Origin: a virus
Taxonomy: Duplodnaviria > Caudoviricetes
Length of the DNA: 58,822 nucleotides
Reading direction: 5' to 3' (one strand)
Virus record (IMG/VR): IMGVR_UViG_3300038608_000026
Span: 1 to 58,822 of that record
Part shown: positions 54,434 through 58,822 of the stretch, in pieces
How positions within the stretch are numbered: position 1 is the stretch's first letter
Layout of the letters: the number at the start of each line of letters is the position of its first letter
Program-made: the position numbers and the translations under genes
The notes under the pieces: model-generated
The model's input: the letters and a program-made list of their open reading frames with translations, nothing else
What the model was told of the DNA's origin: nothing
Database searches by the model: none

Positions 54434-54770
54434 TACTTTCTCCTTTATGAGACCTTTTGTGGCTATTCAGTCCTAACTCACTCTTACATTCCTTGCCGCA
54501 TACATCGCAGATAAAGACGGGGATAGGCACCTGCAAATCATTGGCTGCTATTTTTGCCGGCATCACTACGTTCAGGGCGCCTCCTACAACCAGCGGAGCC
54601 AGGCATTCAGGGCACGCAAGTTCTGCTGCCTTAGTTGTTGCTGATAATAAGAAATCAATATGATATTGAAGCAGCGAACGCAGCATCCCGCCGTGGGGCG
54701 GTAAATTCGGGTCAAACTGTTCATTAGTTTCAAATGACATCCTCCCGCATTGGGGACATTTCACTTTCAT
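54426..54770 (-). CDS. Zinc-binding protein with C-terminal C2H2 finger
   Basis: CPQC, CPEC, FICDVCGKECKSELGLNSHKRSH. Confidence 0.75.
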   Translation of the reverse strand: MKVKCPQCGRMSFETNEQFDPNLPPHGGMLRSLLQYHIDFLLSATTKAAELACPECLAPLVVGGALNVVMPAKIAANDLQVPIPVFICDVCGKECKSELGLNSHKRSHKGESND

Positions 54771-55036
54771 GTTTCCTCCTTAATGTTTTTCCCGAATATA
54801 TGATTAAAAATTCTATTTTTTGCAAGGACTTTTTTTTCCGCGCCATCTTCGCTAAGAGAATCAAGCTCGTCTTTCATCGTGAACACTTCGCCCTTTGGGA
54901 CACTACCCGTTATAAATCCAGTCCCTGGAATAGTTGACTTGGCGCGATGAACGATAAAGGCACCGAGAAAGACACCTGATAAACATAAGACCCCACCAAG
55001 TCCTATTAACGCCAATGCCTGCAAAAGTTCAATCAT
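54767..55036 (-). CDS. Small membrane protein
   Basis: N-terminal TM helix; AGGAGG RBS. Confidence 0.7.
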   Translation of the reverse strand: MIELLQALALIGLGGVLCLSGVFLGAFIVHRAKSTIPGTGFITGSVPKGEVFTMKDELDSLSEDGAEKKVLAKNRIFNHIFGKNIKEET

Positions 55037-55061
55037 TGTTTTTCCTCCTGTTTTTTGTTCG

Positions 55062-55769
55062 TTAATTATCAATCACAAAGCAATTAGAAGAGTGCTGATC
55101 CATCCATTCGCATGATAATAAAAGCGTATGGATCAATCCCCCCACAGCTAAAACAGCCGGTTCATCTCTTTTGAACTCTCTTAGTCTGCTCTTCAAAATC
55201 TCTAACCCTGAAAACTTAAAACGCTTTACTTCAATGTCTTTTGATATTAACGACTGCATCGAGCGCGCATAATCATCAAAACATGTCGATTCGTACAGAT
55301 CAACAGTCGGGCTAATTGCCAATTCTTTACCCTTATATCTCTCGTTAAATCTCGCTATTGTGGTTACAAATCTGTCCGGGTCTCCCCACCACGAAGCCAG
55401 CAACGTAGGTTGTAATCCATAGCCATACTTCTCTCGCATAGATATTGTATGATTTAGCAGGGTTGGAATATTCTTGCTCTCAGCTTCGGCAAGTAAGCGA
55501 AAAACAGGCTCTTGTATCGGTTGCGTATCTTTAATTACTGCAACAATTGCTAAATATCCGGGGCGCCCTTCGTCCTTTTCAGAAATTTCAGTTGGCCAGC
55601 CGATACAGCCGTAAACATCGTAATATTGTTCATTATTTTCAATATTCTCATAATAAAATGGGCGCTCAATCATTGGTTTGCCGGTGATCAGGGCGTTATC
55701 AAGTCTGCTTTGGCGTAACTCATACGCATAAGGATGAGTTATTTTTTTAATGATAGAACTCAATGTCAA
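55062..55769 (-). CDS. Hypothetical protein, possible RNase H-like fold
   Basis: GCIGWP...PGYLAIVAV beta-strand pattern; coupled to terL. Confidence 0.5.
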   Translation of the reverse strand: MTLSSIIKKITHPYAYELRQSRLDNALITGKPMIERPFYYENIENNEQYYDVYGCIGWPTEISEKDEGRPGYLAIVAVIKDTQPIQEPVFRLLAEAESKNIPTLLNHTISMREKYGYGLQPTLLASWWGDPDRFVTTIARFNERYKGKELAISPTVDLYESTCFDDYARSMQSLISKDIEVKRFKFSGLEILKSRLREFKRDEPAVLAVGGLIHTLLLSCEWMDQHSSNCFVIDN

Positions 55770-58063
55770 TCCTCAAATACACTATCGCTAAAAAAGCTCT
55801 CGCCGATCAGGTCGGTTATTGCCCAGACCAGCGCATCTAAACGGTTTGGCGATTTATCTCCTGGAAGCCACAAGCAGAGCTCATCTTCCAATGCCGGAAA
55901 ATTTCCGACGTGATGGACAAGATTCTTCTCATACTTTGCGCTTACCGGCTCGGCGCGCACATTTTTACCGCGCGCGGCGTGAACGAGTTTAACGGGAACA
56001 TCTTTATCAACTTGTTTAATTGTAATGGCCACCATCTCACCACCTTGGTTTTTTTCGGCAACAATCAGATTAGCTTTGTGTTTGTAATAGGCATCAACAG
56101 CAGCTTGTGCCCAGGACAGCGGGGAACCATTCAGCGTGTCATCTTCCAGGACGTACACCTGATTAGCAAGACTGCCCGCAACGATGACACCGGCTGCGTC
56201 CCCTGTGCCTTCCGCGGAGGTCGTAGGGTCGATGGCAACAACAATCTTGGTTAATTCAGGAGCCTGTATAACCCTGTTTTTTTCAATGCTGTCACGTGTC
56301 CACAGCGCGCCCGGTGCTTGATCTATGTCCTCAGCAAGGATTTCCATGCGGTAAGCCAGGCTGCTCATGTCAGAAGTAATTTCTGCCAGCGCGTCTTGGC
56401 TTATGTACGGATTGTCCATCGAGGAAAAGTGAAATGTCGCCCAGCGTCCGGGGTTTGATTTTTCCAGTAACGCCGCTTTTTTAAAAAGTTTTGCGGCATG
56501 TTGAGGGTCGTTGGCTTTTGAAACACTGCGGGAATGCAAAGAGGGCGGCGTATAAATAAAAACTGCGTCTCCGTCGTTGTCCAGCAGCATTGGTGCACCG
56601 ACAACCGCCCAGGCATCCTCGTTGATGAGTTGGTACTCGTCAAAAATAAGAAGACTGCAATAATCGCCACGTAGCGTATCCGCATTCCAGCAGGTTTTTG
56701 CTCTCAATCTTTGCTCTGTGCCTTTTAACTCAATAATATGTTCAGTCTCATTTTTGTAAAAAATCTTGTTTCGGGTCAGCTCATCGGTTGCGTTTGTAAC
56801 CGATGTCCAAAATCTGCCAATTTGCTCTGAGGTTGGAGCTGCATACAGGACTCTGCGGCCTTTTAGAAATTCTTGTATGGCAAAAATAGCTATCCCCACG
56901 GTGTTATGTGTCGCAATGAAATTATCCGTAAGGTAAAGTCCAGCCGGATCAGATATCTTTATACACTGCGCGGCTTCTTCTCTAACTTTCTCAACTTTAT
57001 GTATGTATCTTTTGACCGGCCAAGCTCTCCGTTTCGCTTTTTGTTTTTTGGCCGGGAGGGTAAATAAACATGAGGCATCCGGGAATAATATGCTTTGTCG
57101 GTAAACATCTCTCGCTATAACTTTAACCCCTTTGTATTTATAAGAATTTTTCTTTACACGAAGAGTGCATAATCCACCCATAGATTGTATTACCTCTGCG
57201 ACATCTTTCGCAAGTCTTTCTGAAGTTTGTTCTAGCCTCGGCTGGCCATAATAATCTACAGACCCGTCTGTATCTAATATCCCCTGGATAATTCCCATCC
57301 TTACCTCTATAGAGTTATATTTATATATATCGGGAATATATTTTTCGTAACTGTACTTACCCCATAAATTAAGCTTTTTTAGTGCTCTAATGATTGGATT
57401 CTTGTAGACACCCATACCAACACTTAAAACATAATCATGTTTGTCGCCATCTCGCCGCATAGTCATTCCTTGCGGCAATCTTTTACTCACTTGCTCACGG
57501 ATATATGGATCATATGCAGACACCATCACTGATTCATGCAACATGCTGCCATCTCCAATCAAAACCCCAAGCAAATATGGATCTATTGGCACATCTTGAG
57601 ACATAAACCGCACGGGGCTTGTGGATGGAATGGTTGGCCTCCTTTTAGTGCCATGACCCACTTGTGTAATGGTCTTCATTTTTGATAATTGTTCAGTCGT
57701 AACAACCCTGGTTCTCTCCTTCCAAACACTATCTGTTCGCCTTTCTTTTATCTCCCAAAGATGGTCGAATGTGCTTTCAGCGTATTCACCGCCCCCAAAC
57801 GATACACGATAAATATCCTGTATCCCTTGCGGATAGACTCCTTCAACTCTTGCCACGCCACCAGCCGGTGTTAGGACTTTATCTCCGATTTTGATATCCG
57901 CCATAATTTTATACCCCGTAGGAGTATATATTTTGGCCGTTAGCGGCTGTGCTTTTCCCGAGCGTCTCCCCGCCCTAATCACCTTTCTTTTTGCGGCCGA
58001 CTGCATAAAATCCAGTTGTTTTGCGTGCGGCTTCGGAAGTTTTACTGTGTATTTTTTAGTCAT
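55766..58063 (-). CDS. terL: Terminase large subunit (intein-containing)
   Basis: AGRRSGK/T Walker A split by the intein, LRG...FDE Walker B, DNPYI, VVAIDP, EKNQGG, SPNRLDALVWA. Confidence 0.95.
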   Translation of the reverse strand: MTKKYTVKLPKPHAKQLDFMQSAAKRKVIRAGRRSGKAQPLTAKIYTPTGYKIMADIKIGDKVLTPAGGVARVEGVYPQGIQDIYRVSFGGGEYAESTFDHLWEIKERRTDSVWKERTRVVTTEQLSKMKTITQVGHGTKRRPTIPSTSPVRFMSQDVPIDPYLLGVLIGDGSMLHESVMVSAYDPYIREQVSKRLPQGMTMRRDGDKHDYVLSVGMGVYKNPIIRALKKLNLWGKYSYEKYIPDIYKYNSIEVRMGIIQGILDTDGSVDYYGQPRLEQTSERLAKDVAEVIQSMGGLCTLRVKKNSYKYKGVKVIARDVYRQSILFPDASCLFTLPAKKQKAKRRAWPVKRYIHKVEKVREEAAQCIKISDPAGLYLTDNFIATHNTVGIAIFAIQEFLKGRRVLYAAPTSEQIGRFWTSVTNATDELTRNKIFYKNETEHIIELKGTEQRLRAKTCWNADTLRGDYCSLLIFDEYQLINEDAWAVVGAPMLLDNDGDAVFIYTPPSLHSRSVSKANDPQHAAKLFKKAALLEKSNPGRWATFHFSSMDNPYISQDALAEITSDMSSLAYRMEILAEDIDQAPGALWTRDSIEKNRVIQAPELTKIVVAIDPTTSAEGTGDAAGVIVAGSLANQVYVLEDDTLNGSPLSWAQAAVDAYYKHKANLIVAEKNQGGEMVAITIKQVDKDVPVKLVHAARGKNVRAEPVSAKYEKNLVHHVGNFPALEDELCLWLPGDKSPNRLDALVWAITDLIGESFFSDSVFED
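56903..57952 (-). mobile_element. Class 3 intein with LAGLIDADG homing endonuclease (350 aa)
   Basis: Starts AQPL, ends ATHN with +1 Thr; block B HLW, block F Cys, block G Thr; LLGVLIGDG and IQGILDTDG motifs. Confidence 0.9.
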
Positions 58064-58527
58064 TATTCACTTTGCGTCTTCCCTTCGCTCTCGTAAATAA
58101 TTTTAATTTCCACTGGCCCCCCATCCTTCCCAACTACCTGCTGATTGTCAGCATAATGAGCATGATTTTTTAGCCAAAAAATTGCTCCGGTAGCGTTCTT
58201 TCCCGCCAATAAATATTCCTCAACATTCATTTCAACTTTTAACTTCGCCTTTTTTATTATGTCTAAAAACCCTTTTCTGGTATCATAATTAATAAGCGAT
58301 TGCCGGGAATTAAACCCAAGGTACGAGGCTAAGCCTGCTATGGTGTATGGTTGATTTTGATAACGACTATTGGTTGTTGTGACATTCCCTTCTTTGTCAG
58401 TAATTTCAACAACTTTATCAATCCAACAAGAGTCAAAATACTCTTTTATTTTAGTTTCTAACTCCTGCGGTGTTTTAAAAACAAGGGGTCTTCCGCCGAC
58501 ATTTTTTTTGTTCTTTTTTTTCAGCAT
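58063..58527 (-). CDS. terS: Terminase small subunit
   Basis: GGRP..FKTP.EL..KI.EYF...PYTIAGLA.YLG...IFWLKN. Confidence 0.9.
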   Translation of the reverse strand: MLKKKNKKNVGGRPLVFKTPQELETKIKEYFDSCWIDKVVEITDKEGNVTTTNSRYQNQPYTIAGLASYLGFNSRQSLINYDTRKGFLDIIKKAKLKVEMNVEEYLLAGKNATGAIFWLKNHAHYADNQQVVGKDGGPVEIKIIYESEGKTQSE

Positions 58528-58620
58528 CCTTTTAATGCTCCTGATCTAACCCATATCGACACATTTTTCCGCAATCGACTTGTCCGTTATTAAGTAGATG
58601 TAATAATTAAGTTTTATGTT

Positions 58621-58822
58621 CAGGGCATATTGTCGGGACTACCATGTAGCTCCTCGCTGTCTATCCCAGCGTGCCATCCGGCCTCCATATTGCCGCCGGC
58701 CTGTTACTTCCCGGGTCAACTGATGTTTCCCCGGGCTCTAGGTTCCCGTTTTGTCCGTTACCCGGCGACTTACTCTACCTGCACCGGCGATCGGGGTGCC
58801 GGGTATATCAGCACCCACCCTG
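58621..58822 (-). ncRNA. Candidate ~200-nt multi-stem structured RNA or packaging element
   Basis: GC-rich non-coding block with a closing stem and four internal hairpins; G-U pairs favour the minus strand. Confidence 0.5.

Noticed and set aside
58586-58608. TAAGTAGAT resembling a Cas12a repeat end
   Set aside because: No TCTAC partner; the local stem is TTATTA/TAATAA
58621-58822. Hammerhead, RNase P, tmRNA or 6S identity for the terminal element
   Set aside because: Lacks CUGANGA, GGAAAGUC and tRNA-like ends; it is multibranched rather than rod-like
1-58822. Integrase, reverse transcriptase, tRNAs, stop-codon recoding, terminal direct repeats
   Set aside because: No such motifs recognised; genes are full-length in code 11; the two window ends share no direct repeat

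Overview
This window looks like a complete or near-complete ~58.8-kb tailed-phage genome in the standard genetic code. It is opened between terS and a cluster of small early genes. From left to right it contains: (i) small early genes on + behind overlapping sigma70/sigma54-like promoters; (ii) a minus-strand replication/modification arm (SSB-like protein, Prim-Pol/helicase with internal repeats, HNH proteins, amino-methyltransferase, PAPS-reductase-family protein, leaderless HTH); (iii) a divergent promoter pair at ~8.1 kb; (iv) a + arm with a C5-MTase-like gene, PD-(D/E)XK nuclease, RecT and many small hypothetical genes; (v) a minus-strand podovirus-like virion arm (terS, intein-containing terL, portal, scaffold, capsid, adaptor/nozzle, appendage proteins, a 3002-aa polyvalent protein and a partly deleted lysis region). 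I recognised no integrase, reverse transcriptase, cas gene or tRNA. The top observation is a single intact 36-nt Cas12a (type V-A) repeat at 51181-51216, followed by a guide-length sequence and a terminator inside the head operon; its 5' flank is copied exactly in the phage's divergent promoter region. Other highlights are an ART-like cassette bounded by exact 25-bp direct repeats inside the giant protein, DGR-like variable regions with no DGR machinery, a ~200-nt structured RNA candidate upstream of terS, a class 3 intein and several deletion scars. All family assignments come from motif recognition by eye; no database searches were run.
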